A stretch of 41,193 nt of DNA. It comes from Pseudoduganella sp. Lineage in GTDB: Bacteria; Pseudomonadota; Gammaproteobacteria; Burkholderiales; Burkholderiaceae_D. Positions 18,489-26,763 of this stretch are shown here, one piece after another (the stretch's first letter is position 1; each line of letters opens with the position of its first letter). The stretch is taken from positions 1 to 41,193 of the forward strand of contig DASWYX010000373.1 of the NCBI GenBank assembly GCA_036404755.1, written 5' to 3'. The translations under genes and the position numbers were made by a program. The notes below the pieces were generated by a model, which ran no database searches, was not told the origin of the DNA, and saw nothing but the letters and a program-made list of their open reading frames with translations.

Positions 18489-19100
18489 TTATAGAACTTT
18501 GGCGTAGGTGGCGCGGACGTGGGTGCGGTCGCCGCAGTCGAAGTGCCACCATTCGCTGTTGATGCCGACGAAGCCGGCGTGGAACATGGCGTCGCGCAGG
18601 AGCTGGCGGTTGGCGACCTGGGCGGCGGTGAGGGAGCCGCTTGCCAGGTGCTTCGGTTCGAGGATGGGATGGGACAGCTCGGTCATGTCGTCGAAGCCGG
18701 TGCCCATGTCGAGCTCGCGGCCGGCGGCGTCGAGGATGGTCACGTCGACGGCCATGCCGAAGGAGTGGATGGAACCGCGCTCAGGTGGGGCGAGGTACAT
18801 TTGCAGGTCGGTGCCGGCCAGCGCATCCCACAGTTCGATCTGCACCGAGTGCGGCCGCAGGGCGTCGAGGATCAGCAGTTGATGGCCGGGCGCGCGCGCA
18901 GCGAGGAAAGCGACGGCGCGTTCGATGGCGGCGGCGGCGTCGGCGTGCAGCCAGGCGCAATCCAGCGGCGAATACAGATCGCGGCCGACGAAATTGTCCG
19001 GCGTCGCGTAGCGCAGGTCGATGCCGATGCCGGCGATCGTGCTCAGGTGACGGAATTCCGGACTGCCGGGGATCTCTTCGCTGCGGATGGTACGACTCAT
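18489..19100 (-). CDS. ddpX: D-alanyl-D-alanine dipeptidase (peptidase M15D, DdpX/VanX family)
   Basis: DLRYATPDNFVG, DALRP, SIHSFGMAVD (SxHxxGxAxD), MGTGFD, EWWHF; ATG 19100 overlaps the LysR stop (ATGA); no signal peptide. Confidence 0.9.
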   Translation of the reverse strand: MSRTIRSEEIPGSPEFRHLSTIAGIGIDLRYATPDNFVGRDLYSPLDCAWLHADAAAAIERAVAFLAARAPGHQLLILDALRPHSVQIELWDALAGTDLQMYLAPPERGSIHSFGMAVDVTILDAAGRELDMGTGFDDMTELSHPILEPKHLASGSLTAAQVANRQLLRDAMFHAGFVGINSEWWHFDCGDRTHVRATYAKVL

Positions 19101-20002
19101 GTGTTTCCTTGGTCCAAACAGGCGCGCGCCGCGGCAGCGATCGAGTCGGCCAGCAGGCGGGCGCCGTGCGACAGCGGCGAGTGCCCGGACGTCAGCAGGA
19201 AGAGCTGGATCGGAGTCGCGGGCGCCCACTGGCGCCGCTGTACGCGGGTTGATAATGCGGACGCCGCCGTGAACGGATCGACCACGGCCATGCCGCCGCC
19301 CGCTTCCACCAGCGAGCGGGCGATCTGATAGGTTTGCACGACGGTGCGGAAGACCGGCTCCACTTCCTGCGCTTCGCAGGCGGCAACCACCATTTCGCCC
19401 AGCGGGTCATTGTCCGAATAGCCGATCAGTTCGCCGACCAGCCCTTCAGCAGTCAGCGGCTGCGACAGCTCTTCCTCGCGCCAGGTGCCGGAAGGGGCAA
19501 TCACCGTCATCATGCCCTGCGCCAGCGGTTCGGCCACGATGCCGGGATGGCGCGGGTCCTGCAGCGACAGCGCCAGGTCGGCTTCGCCCAGGCGCAACAT
19601 GTTCACGATCTCGGAAGTGTGGTGGGTGGCCAGCTCGCAGCGCGTACCGGGAAATTCGCGGCGCCAGGCGCTCATCGCCTGCGGCAGCACGCTGATGGCG
19701 ATCGTCGGCGTGGACACCAGCCGTATCGTCTCCACCGCATGCCCCTTCAGGCTGGCGGCCAGGCGACGGATGCCCTGCAGGTCGCGATGCAGCTTCTCGG
19801 TCTCGGCGAACAGGCGGTGCGCCTCCGGCTTCGGATACAGCTTGCCGCGCACGCGTTCGAACAGCGGCATGCCCAGCTGCAGCTCGCAATGCTGCAGCAC
19901 CTTGGTCACTGCAGGTTGTGAAATATGCAAGACCTGGGCGGCGCCGCTGATGGTGCCGACCTGCATGATGGCGTGGAAAACTTCGATATGACGCAGCCGC
20001 AT
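19097..20002 (-). CDS. LysR family transcriptional regulator (DguR-like by recollection)
   Basis: MRLRHIEVF..GTISGAAQVLHISQPAVT..LELQLG-like HTH, LFERVRGKL; 301 aa. Confidence 0.93.
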   Translation of the reverse strand: MRLRHIEVFHAIMQVGTISGAAQVLHISQPAVTKVLQHCELQLGMPLFERVRGKLYPKPEAHRLFAETEKLHRDLQGIRRLAASLKGHAVETIRLVSTPTIAISVLPQAMSAWRREFPGTRCELATHHTSEIVNMLRLGEADLALSLQDPRHPGIVAEPLAQGMMTVIAPSGTWREEELSQPLTAEGLVGELIGYSDNDPLGEMVVAACEAQEVEPVFRTVVQTYQIARSLVEAGGGMAVVDPFTAASALSTRVQRRQWAPATPIQLFLLTSGHSPLSHGARLLADSIAAAARACLDQGNT

Positions 20003-20093
20003 CGCTTCAATCCTTCCTCGTTACGCCGCAGCCTCCTGCGGGAATCCGTGCAGGATAGGGGAATCCCGCCCGCGGCGCAACGCGCGCTGGCGC

Positions 20094-20927
20094 TTAGGGC
20101 TTGGCTGCAGCCCCCTCAGCCGGAACCGCGGCCGGTGCCGGTTTCGGGGTGGTCAGCACATCCAGGATGGCGGCAGACTCCGCATCCGGCACGCCATCCC
20201 ACTTGCTCTGGCGGTATTTGGACTGGAAAGTCACCAGCACGTTGCGGGTCGCTTCGTCCATCACGCCGGTCTGCGGCGTGGCGTAGCCGTGGGCGGCCAG
20301 CTTGTTCTGGAACCAGGTGATGTCCGGCAGCTGGGCTTCGTAGATGGCGCGCTTTTCGGCGACGGCGTTGGCGTCCGGCCAGGTGATCAGGCCGGCGTCA
20401 GCCAGTTGCTTCCAGGGGAAGAGGGGACCCGGGTCCTGCTTGCGCTGCGGCGCGATGTCGGCGTGGCCGAGGATATTTTCCGGCAGCACGCCGTGGCGTT
20501 CCTTGATCTGCTTGAGCAGCGGGATCAGCTGGTCGATCTGGGCCTGCTTGAACGGGTACCAGACGCGGCCTTCCGGCGTGTCCTTGAAGCCCGGATTGAC
20601 GATTTCGATGCCGACCGAGCTGTGGTTCAGCTGCGTATAGTTTTTCCAGCTGCTGGTGCCGGCGTGCCAGGCGGCGCGGTTCTCATCGACCAGCGCATAG
20701 AACTTCGGCTTTTCCTCGTCGGTCAGCAGGTAGTGAGCGCTCACCTCGTTCTGCGTCAGCAGCTTGATCGACAGCGGCAGGTCGGACACGGTGTAGTGGA
20801 TCACGATGAAACGCACGCGGCTGCTCTGCCCCTTGGACGGGCCCAGCGAATGGTCGATGGTCGGTGGCTGGGTGGCGCAGCCGGCCAGCACGGAGATCAG
20901 GGAAGCAAGCAGCAGTTTTTTGATCAT
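20094..20927 (-). CDS. amiD: N-acetylmuramoyl-L-alanine amidase, AmiD-like lipoprotein (Amidase_2 plus PG-binding domain)
   Basis: Lipobox LAGC; IVIHYT, VSAHYL, RAWHAG, SVGIEIVN, GHADIAPQRKQDPGPLFPW. Confidence 0.9.
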   Translation of the reverse strand: MIKKLLLASLISVLAGCATQPPTIDHSLGPSKGQSSRVRFIVIHYTVSDLPLSIKLLTQNEVSAHYLLTDEEKPKFYALVDENRAAWHAGTSSWKNYTQLNHSSVGIEIVNPGFKDTPEGRVWYPFKQAQIDQLIPLLKQIKERHGVLPENILGHADIAPQRKQDPGPLFPWKQLADAGLITWPDANAVAEKRAIYEAQLPDITWFQNKLAAHGYATPQTGVMDEATRNVLVTFQSKYRQSKWDGVPDAESAAILDVLTTPKPAPAAVPAEGAAAKP

Positions 20928-20945
20928 GGGCGTCTCGGTGAGTTC

Positions 20946-21863
20946 TCAGTTTCGTGGACGAGCCGCCATGCGGGCGGCCGCGTATTGGGGATGGGCAGTG
21001 CGCCGGGACAGCTCCAGCCCGGGCGGCAGTTCGGCGCGCATGGCTTCGAAGATCAGCGGATGCAGTTCGGCGGCGCGCCCCGCCAGCACAATCGGTTTTG
21101 TCCCGAAGCGGGATACCAGCGCCAGCGCCAGCCGCGCCAGTTCGCGCCCGGCCTGCAGCAGGATGTGGCGCGCGGCCGGATCGGCGCCCGCGCTCATCGC
21201 GACCGCCAGCGCCAGCTTGCCGATTTCGCCGCGTTCGCGGGTGTACATGAAGGACCGCGAATAGGCCCAGTCGCTGCCGCCGACATGGTCGAACACGGCA
21301 TGGGCCAGCGGCGATTCCTGCCAGGAGCCCGGCTGCTCATCTTCGTTGCGCCAGATGCGGCGCATCGCTTCGCGCGCGATCCAGAAGCCGCCGCCGGCAT
21401 CGTCCAGCATCACGCCGCGGCCGCCGGCGCGGTGGAATTCGCCCGCGCCGTCGATGTAGGCGGCGATGGAGCCGGTGCCGGCATAAACCAGGTAGCCTTC
21501 GCCGGGCTCGAAGGCGTCGAGATAGGCGATTTCGATATCGTTGCAGATGGTGATGGCGTCCAGGCGCACATGCAGGAGGTCGGACAGCCAGCCCAGCAGC
21601 ACATTGCCGTCGCCGCCGAAGCCCGTCAGCCCCGCGCAAATGCGCAGCGGCCTGCCGGATTCCAGCACGTCCTTGGCCAGTTCGGCAAAGGTGGCGTGCA
21701 CTTGTTCGCGGCCGGCGGGCTTGGCCATCATCAGGGCGGAAAGTCCGGCGACGGTCCCTTCAGCGACGATTTTGCCGGCCGGGTCGGACAGCGCCCAGCG
21801 TGTTTGCGTGCCGCCGGCGTCGATGCCCAGGCCAAGCGGAAGGTCGGATTCGGATGTGCCCAT
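20946..21863 (-). CDS. BadF/BadG/BcrA/BcrD-family amino-sugar kinase (GlcNAc/MurNAc kinase, MurK-like)
   Basis: LGIDAGGTQT, CNDIEIA, YAGTGS, RAGGRG..LDDAGGGFWI; start ATG 21863. Confidence 0.85.
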   Translation of the reverse strand: MGTSESDLPLGLGIDAGGTQTRWALSDPAGKIVAEGTVAGLSALMMAKPAGREQVHATFAELAKDVLESGRPLRICAGLTGFGGDGNVLLGWLSDLLHVRLDAITICNDIEIAYLDAFEPGEGYLVYAGTGSIAAYIDGAGEFHRAGGRGVMLDDAGGGFWIAREAMRRIWRNEDEQPGSWQESPLAHAVFDHVGGSDWAYSRSFMYTRERGEIGKLALAVAMSAGADPAARHILLQAGRELARLALALVSRFGTKPIVLAGRAAELHPLIFEAMRAELPPGLELSRRTAHPQYAAARMAARPRN

Positions 21864-21872
21864 GATCGAATA

Positions 21873-21938
21873 AGTGTAAGACCAATTGCTGTCCAGTTCA
21901 CATGAAAGCTTGCTGGGCACTCATTCCTAAAAGTTATA
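21873..21938 (-). promoter_or_regulatory. Promoter of kinase-amiD unit: LysR box (21922-21938), CTTTCATG, tandem TGG repeats, -10 TACACT
   Basis: Same elements at the same spacing as the murQ upstream region (25802-25867). Confidence 0.7.
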
Positions 21939-23595
21939 AGGTTGCGGTAACCCGCGGGCTCTCATTCCCCAGGCGATCGACTGCCGTCACCACCACCGAG
22001 CGCGCCGGCACGCCGGCATCGTCGGTCAGCACCACTTCGTTGCGCGTGGCGGGGGCCACGGTGAAGCGCCACTCGTCGCCGTAACGGGCCCAGATCGCGA
22101 ACTGCGTCGCCTTCGGCACCGCGCCCAGCGACACGGCCAGACCGCTGCCATTGCGCTTGACCGCCACGGCCGGCGCGGACGGCGCATCGCTGCCCAGCCA
22201 CGGCGTGACCGGCACCAGCGCGGCGCTCTGGTAGCTGATGTTCTTCAACTGGTCGGTGATGCCCTTGCGGTTCTGCATCAGCGCCGCGATGCTGAAGTGG
22301 ACGTGGCCATTCACCACGCCGCGGCTGCGCATCACTTCGATCTGCTGCACGATTTCCTCCGGCGTGAAGGACTTGTCCGTGTTGTCGATGCGGCTGGTGT
22401 ACATGCCCGGCCATACATGGCGGCCGCGCTTGTTCTGGGCCAGCCAATAATCGAGCAGCACCGGGAAGGCTTGCGGCTGCTGGGCGATCGGCCAGTACAG
22501 CTGCGGCGTGAAATAATCGAGCCAGCCGTTCTGCAGCCACAATTCGGCGTCCGCATACAGCTTGTCGTACTGGCTGAAGCCCTGGATGCCGGGCGGGCGG
22601 CGGTCCGGACGGCCGATGCCGAAGGGGCTGATGCCGAAGCGCACCCAGGATTTTTCCTTGCGGATGCCGTTGTAGATCGCTTCGATCAGCTGGTTCACGT
22701 TCTGGCGGCGCCACGAGGCGCGGTCCAGCGTGCCGCCGCCGGCCACATAGCGCTGCCACGCCGGCTGGTCCGGGAAATCCAGTTCCGACTTGCCGCCATT
22801 GGACGGCGCATCCAGCGCGGCCGCTTCGCCGCCGTTGGCGCTGGGCGCTTCGATCGGATAGGGGTAGAAGTAGTCGTCGAGGTGGACGCCGTCGACATCG
22901 TAGCGGCGCACCACGTCCAGGATCACGTCCAGCGTCTGCTGCGCTGCGGCTTCCTCGCCCGGGTCCATCCACTGGAATTTACCGTACTGCTTGACCACCT
23001 GCGGCCTGGTGTTGGCGATGTGGTCGCGCGCATTCGGCGTTTTTGCCGCGGAGTGGCGCGCGCGATAGGGGTTGAACCAGGCGTGCAGTTCCATGCCGCG
23101 CGCATGCGCCTGGGCGATCCAGAATTGCAGCGGGTCCCAGGCGGGAGAAGGCTCGCGGCCTTGCGCGCCGGTCAGGTATTCGGACCACGGCTCCAGCTTC
23201 GACGGATAGATCGCATCGGCGCTCGGGCGCACCTGCAGCACGATGGCGTTCAGGTTCAGCGATTTCGCGCGGTCGAGGATCGCGAGCGCCTCGGCCTGCT
23301 GCTTCGCGGGCGGCAGGTTGCTGCGGCTGGGCCAGTCAATATTGGCGACGGTGGACACCCAGGCGGCGCGGAACTCGCGCGGCGCCGGCGGCGGCGTGTC
23401 GCCGGTGAAGTGAGGCTGGGCCGGCGTGCCGGGCTGAGTTCCGGGCGTTGTGCCAGGCGTGCCGCCGGCTGCGCCGGGAGCGGCCGCGCCTTTATCGCGC
23501 GGCATCGGATTGGAAGAACACGCAGCCAGGACGGCGGCAATCACACTGGCCGCACCGGCGGACAACGTCAGCCGCTTTTTTGCACTAAATCTCAA
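21934..23595 (-). CDS. GHL10/DUF187 family glycoside hydrolase lipoprotein (YddW/DigH-like)
   Basis: EFRAAWVSTVANIDWP, QVRPSADAIY, ELHAWFNPYR, YDVDGVHLDDYFYPYP, PQLYW; lipobox LAAC; start reassigned to TTG 23595 behind SD GGAGG (23605-23601). Confidence 0.88.
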   Translation of the reverse strand: MRFSAKKRLTLSAGAASVIAAVLAACSSNPMPRDKGAAAPGAAGGTPGTTPGTQPGTPAQPHFTGDTPPPAPREFRAAWVSTVANIDWPSRSNLPPAKQQAEALAILDRAKSLNLNAIVLQVRPSADAIYPSKLEPWSEYLTGAQGREPSPAWDPLQFWIAQAHARGMELHAWFNPYRARHSAAKTPNARDHIANTRPQVVKQYGKFQWMDPGEEAAAQQTLDVILDVVRRYDVDGVHLDDYFYPYPIEAPSANGGEAAALDAPSNGGKSELDFPDQPAWQRYVAGGGTLDRASWRRQNVNQLIEAIYNGIRKEKSWVRFGISPFGIGRPDRRPPGIQGFSQYDKLYADAELWLQNGWLDYFTPQLYWPIAQQPQAFPVLLDYWLAQNKRGRHVWPGMYTSRIDNTDKSFTPEEIVQQIEVMRSRGVVNGHVHFSIAALMQNRKGITDQLKNISYQSAALVPVTPWLGSDAPSAPAVAVKRNGSGLAVSLGAVPKATQFAIWARYGDEWRFTVAPATRNEVVLTDDAGVPARSVVVTAVDRLGNESPRVTATL

Positions 23596-23630
23596 ACCAA
23601 CCTCCGCAACGCTGAAGGGGACTATTGTAC

Positions 23631-24896
23631 CTACTTGCGTCCGAACTCCGGATCGATCTTCACCATCGCCGTCACGATAAAGGCGGGAATGGTGGCCAGG
23701 CAGGCCCAGATGAAGAAGTTCGGATAGCCCAGATGCTCCTGGATCCAGCCGCTCGCCATTTGCGGAATCATCATGCCAAGCGCCATGAATCCGGTGCAGA
23801 TTGCGTAATGCGCGGTCTTGTGCTCGCCCTCCGCGACCATGATCATGAACATCAGGTAGGAAGTGAAACCGAAGCCGTAGCCGAATTGCTCCAGGCCGAT
23901 GGCAGCGGAGATCACGTAGAAGTTTTCCGGCATCGCATGCGACAGCCACACGAAAACCAGGTCCGGCACGTGGGTGATGAAGGCCATCGGCCACAGGCAG
24001 CGTTTCAGGCCGAAACGCGAAATCACATAGCCGCCCAGCAGGCCGCCGGCCAGCAGCGCCAGCACGCCCACGGTGCCGTAGGCGATGCCCAGGTCGGACG
24101 TGTCCAGGCCCAGCCCACCGGAGGCGCGGCCGTCAACCAGGAAGGGCACGACCATCTTCAGCAACTGCGATTCGCCCAGGCGGAAGGTCAGCAGGAATAA
24201 CAGGATGACGCCGATCCGCTCCTTGCGGAAGAAGGCGGCGAAGGTATTGAAGAATTCCTGGAACAGGCTGGCCGTATGCGTCGCCTTGCGATCCGCTGCC
24301 GGCTTGGGCAGCATGAACAGGTGGTACAGGGCCAGCAGGCCGAACACGCCGCCCATGATGCCGTATACGATGCCCCACGCCAGGTGCGCATTGCCGGAGT
24401 GCTTGATGATCTGGCCCGCGATATACGTCAGGCCGCCGTTGCAGGCCACGTTGGCGATGCGGTAAGCAGTGCTGCGTACGCCGACGTAGGCCGCCTGGTC
24501 CTTCTGGCGCAGGGCCAGCATGTAGAAGCCGTCCGCCGCGATATCGTGGGTGGCCGAACTGAAGGCCATCAGCCACATCGCGGCAAGACTGAGCTGGACG
24601 AAGTGCGATAGCGGCGTGGTGAATGCGACCGCGGCCAGCGAGACTGCGATCACCATCTGCAGCAGGACCACCCAGCCGCGCTTGGTGCCGAACATTTCCA
24701 CGATCGGCGACCAGACCGGCTTGATGATCCAGGGGAGGTAAAGCCAGGAAGTGTAGAACGCGATGTCGGTGTTCGACATCCCGGTATTTTTGTACATCGT
24801 CGTGGACAAGGCCATCACGGCGAAGTAGGGGATGCCTTGGCCAAAATAGAGGGATGGCACCCACCACCAGGGGCTGCGCTGCTGCACTTGTTCCAT
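23631..24896 (-). CDS. AmpG-like MFS permease
   Basis: PSLYFGQGIPY, LPWIIKPVWSP, SATHDIAADGFY, AHYAICTG; about 12 TM segments; start ATG 24896 with SD AAGGA. Confidence 0.85.
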   Translation of the reverse strand: MEQVQQRSPWWWVPSLYFGQGIPYFAVMALSTTMYKNTGMSNTDIAFYTSWLYLPWIIKPVWSPIVEMFGTKRGWVVLLQMVIAVSLAAVAFTTPLSHFVQLSLAAMWLMAFSSATHDIAADGFYMLALRQKDQAAYVGVRSTAYRIANVACNGGLTYIAGQIIKHSGNAHLAWGIVYGIMGGVFGLLALYHLFMLPKPAADRKATHTASLFQEFFNTFAAFFRKERIGVILLFLLTFRLGESQLLKMVVPFLVDGRASGGLGLDTSDLGIAYGTVGVLALLAGGLLGGYVISRFGLKRCLWPMAFITHVPDLVFVWLSHAMPENFYVISAAIGLEQFGYGFGFTSYLMFMIMVAEGEHKTAHYAICTGFMALGMMIPQMASGWIQEHLGYPNFFIWACLATIPAFIVTAMVKIDPEFGRK

Positions 24897-24910
24897 GCGT
24901 TCCTTTGTAC

Positions 24911-25792
24911 TTATGCGGAAAGCGCTCCGCGTACGCTTCCTTTCGCTTGTTCCAGCAGCGTCTCCGCCTGCTGCACACTTGTCTTTTTCAGGAGTGCGAC
25001 CACCGCCACCTTCACGTGGAAGCCACACTGTTCCAGCGCGCTGCGGGCCGACGCTTCATCGGCGCCGGTCGCGTGCATGGTCAGGCGCACGGTGCGCGCG
25101 AACAGCTTCGCATTGGTCGGCTTCAAGTCTACCATCAGATTTCCGTACACTTTGTTCAGGCGGACCATGATGGCGCTGGAGATCGTGTTCAGCACGATCT
25201 TCTGCGAGGTGCCGGCCTTCAGGCGCGTGCTGCCGGAGATGACTTCGGGGCCGGTGTCCAGCGTAATGCCGACTTCCGCTTCGTTCGCAACCGGCGCATC
25301 GGTGTTGTTGGCGATGCCGATGGTCAGCGCGCCGAGGGCGCGCGCCGCATGCAGGGCGCCCAGCACATACGGCGTGCCGCCGGATGCCGCCAGCAGCAGC
25401 ACGACGTCATTCTTTGTCGGGGTCAGACCCTGCAGGTCTTTCGCGCCCTGTTCGCGGTCGTCTTCCGCGCCTTCGACGGCCTGGAACATGGCGGATTCGC
25501 CCCCGGCCAGCAGGGCCAGGGCGCGCTCGTGCGGCCAGGAGAAGGTGGGGTAGAGTTCGACGCTGTCCAGCACGCCCAGGCGGCCGGAAGTGCCCGCGCC
25601 CACGTAGAGCAGGCGTCCACCCGCCTCGATGCGTGGTACTGCTGCGGTAATAGCTTTTGCGATGGCAGGCGCGGCCTTGCGCCCCGCTTCGACGGCGTTC
25701 AACTGATCGTCCACGAACGCCGACACCAGCTGTTCCGTGGGATATTGGTCCAGCCCGGTGTGCAGGCTGCTAGGGGTTTCGGTTTTTAGCAT
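24911..25792 (-). CDS. murQ: N-acetylmuramic acid 6-phosphate etherase
   Basis: YVGAGTSGRLGVLD, ELYPTF, AVEGAED, AASGGTPYV, TGPEVISGSTRLKAGT, GNLMVD. Confidence 0.95.
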   Translation of the reverse strand: MLKTETPSSLHTGLDQYPTEQLVSAFVDDQLNAVEAGRKAAPAIAKAITAAVPRIEAGGRLLYVGAGTSGRLGVLDSVELYPTFSWPHERALALLAGGESAMFQAVEGAEDDREQGAKDLQGLTPTKNDVVLLLAASGGTPYVLGALHAARALGALTIGIANNTDAPVANEAEVGITLDTGPEVISGSTRLKAGTSQKIVLNTISSAIMVRLNKVYGNLMVDLKPTNAKLFARTVRLTMHATGADEASARSALEQCGFHVKVAVVALLKKTSVQQAETLLEQAKGSVRGALSA

Positions 25793-25795
25793 GAT

Positions 25796-25867
25796 AGTAC
25801 CAGTGTAATACCAAATCCCGGCCCGGGCCCATGAAAGGAAGATACATGGGCATTACATTTGGTTATG
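25796..25867 (-). promoter_or_regulatory. murQ promoter: LysR box (25851-25867), CTTTCATG, tandem TGGTATT/TGGTACT repeats overlapping -10 TACACT
   Basis: Minus strand reads CATAACCAAATGTAATG..CTTTCATG..TTGGTATTACACTGGTACTATC-ATG. Confidence 0.72.
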
Positions 25868-26603
25868 CCGCGCGCCGCATCTCCGCCACGAAATCGTAGT
25901 GGTCGCTGCGGCAATAAGAGTGGGTCAGCTCGACCGCCTCGCCCGTTTCGAGATAGGCGATGCGGGTGATGAAGAGCACGGCCTGCCCTTCCGGCACGTC
26001 CAGCTTTTCGGCCAGTTCGGCGCCCGCGTTCATGGCGCGGATGTGCTGCAGGGCGCGCACGGGCGCCTTGCCCACGGATTCCAGGTATTGATACAGCGAA
26101 TCGCCGATGTCTTCCGGTTTCGCCACCGCGCTTTGCGGCAGCACGCTCACTTCGTAAGCCATCACGACATCGTCCGCCAGGCGCAGGCGCTCCAGGCGCG
26201 CCACGCGGGAATTGGGCGACAGGCCCAGGCTCATTTGTTCGTCCGCGCTGGCGGTCACGATGGCGCGCTTCAGCCAGCGCGAGCCTGGCTTGTAGCCGCG
26301 CTGCTGCAGCTGTTCGGAAAAGCTGGAGAGGTTGGACAGCGGCTGCTCGATGCGCGGCGCAATGTAATTGCCCGAGCCGCGACGGCGCACGACGAGTCCC
26401 TGTTCCACCAGCTGGTCGATGGCCTTGCGCGCCGTCACGCGCGACACATTCAACTGCTCGGACAAGGTGCGTTCCGATGGCAGCGCCTGATCGACCTGGT
26501 ATCGCCCGTTGCGCACATCGTCGCTCAGCTTGCGGGCAATCTGCATATACAGCGGGGAATTGTCTTGTTGATCCGGTTTGAATTCTGCGCCGGGCTGGTT
26601 CAT
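25863..26603 (-). CDS. GntR family regulator, HutC/UTRA subfamily (NagQ-like)
   Basis: PLYMQI, LPSERTL..VSRVTARKAI..GLVVRRRGSG HTH; C-terminal UTRA domain (LSSFSEQ, SLYQYL). Confidence 0.9.
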   Translation of the reverse strand: MNQPGAEFKPDQQDNSPLYMQIARKLSDDVRNGRYQVDQALPSERTLSEQLNVSRVTARKAIDQLVEQGLVVRRRGSGNYIAPRIEQPLSNLSSFSEQLQQRGYKPGSRWLKRAIVTASADEQMSLGLSPNSRVARLERLRLADDVVMAYEVSVLPQSAVAKPEDIGDSLYQYLESVGKAPVRALQHIRAMNAGAELAEKLDVPEGQAVLFITRIAYLETGEAVELTHSYCRSDHYDFVAEMRRAA

Positions 26604-26667
26604 TGCGTTTCTCCTGTTAGGCAGTAGTTTAATAGCGATGAGCTTTTCGCGGCGGGAATTTGTTACA

Positions 26668-26684
26668 TATGCCGTGCGGTTATG
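26668..26684. promoter_or_regulatory. Putative LysR box (TATGCCGTGCGGTTATG) upstream of serine hydrolase
   Basis: Followed after 13 nt by TTTTCATT (26698) and by -10-like TATGCT (26729-26734). Confidence 0.65.
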
Positions 26685-26763
26685 TCCGCATAATCAGTTT
26701 TCATTAGCCCCTGTACGCACGCCGGTTATATGCTTTTCGCATAACAAAATCTGGGGAGTCTGA

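Noticed and set aside
18489-19100. VanX-like gene as vancomycin resistance
   Set aside because: No vanH, vanA, vanR or vanS; the context fits DdpX-type D-Ala-D-Ala catabolism.
23596-23994. N-terminal extensions in the ORF track (686-aa glycosidase; also starts at 3846, 5575, 19229, 21920, 25028)
   Set aside because: They overlap neighbouring genes or promoters; downstream starts have SD sites, coupling overlaps or signal peptides.
26604-26667. LysR box at 26668 also driving the divergent GntR gene
   Set aside because: The TTTCAT element is absent at the expected distance on that side.
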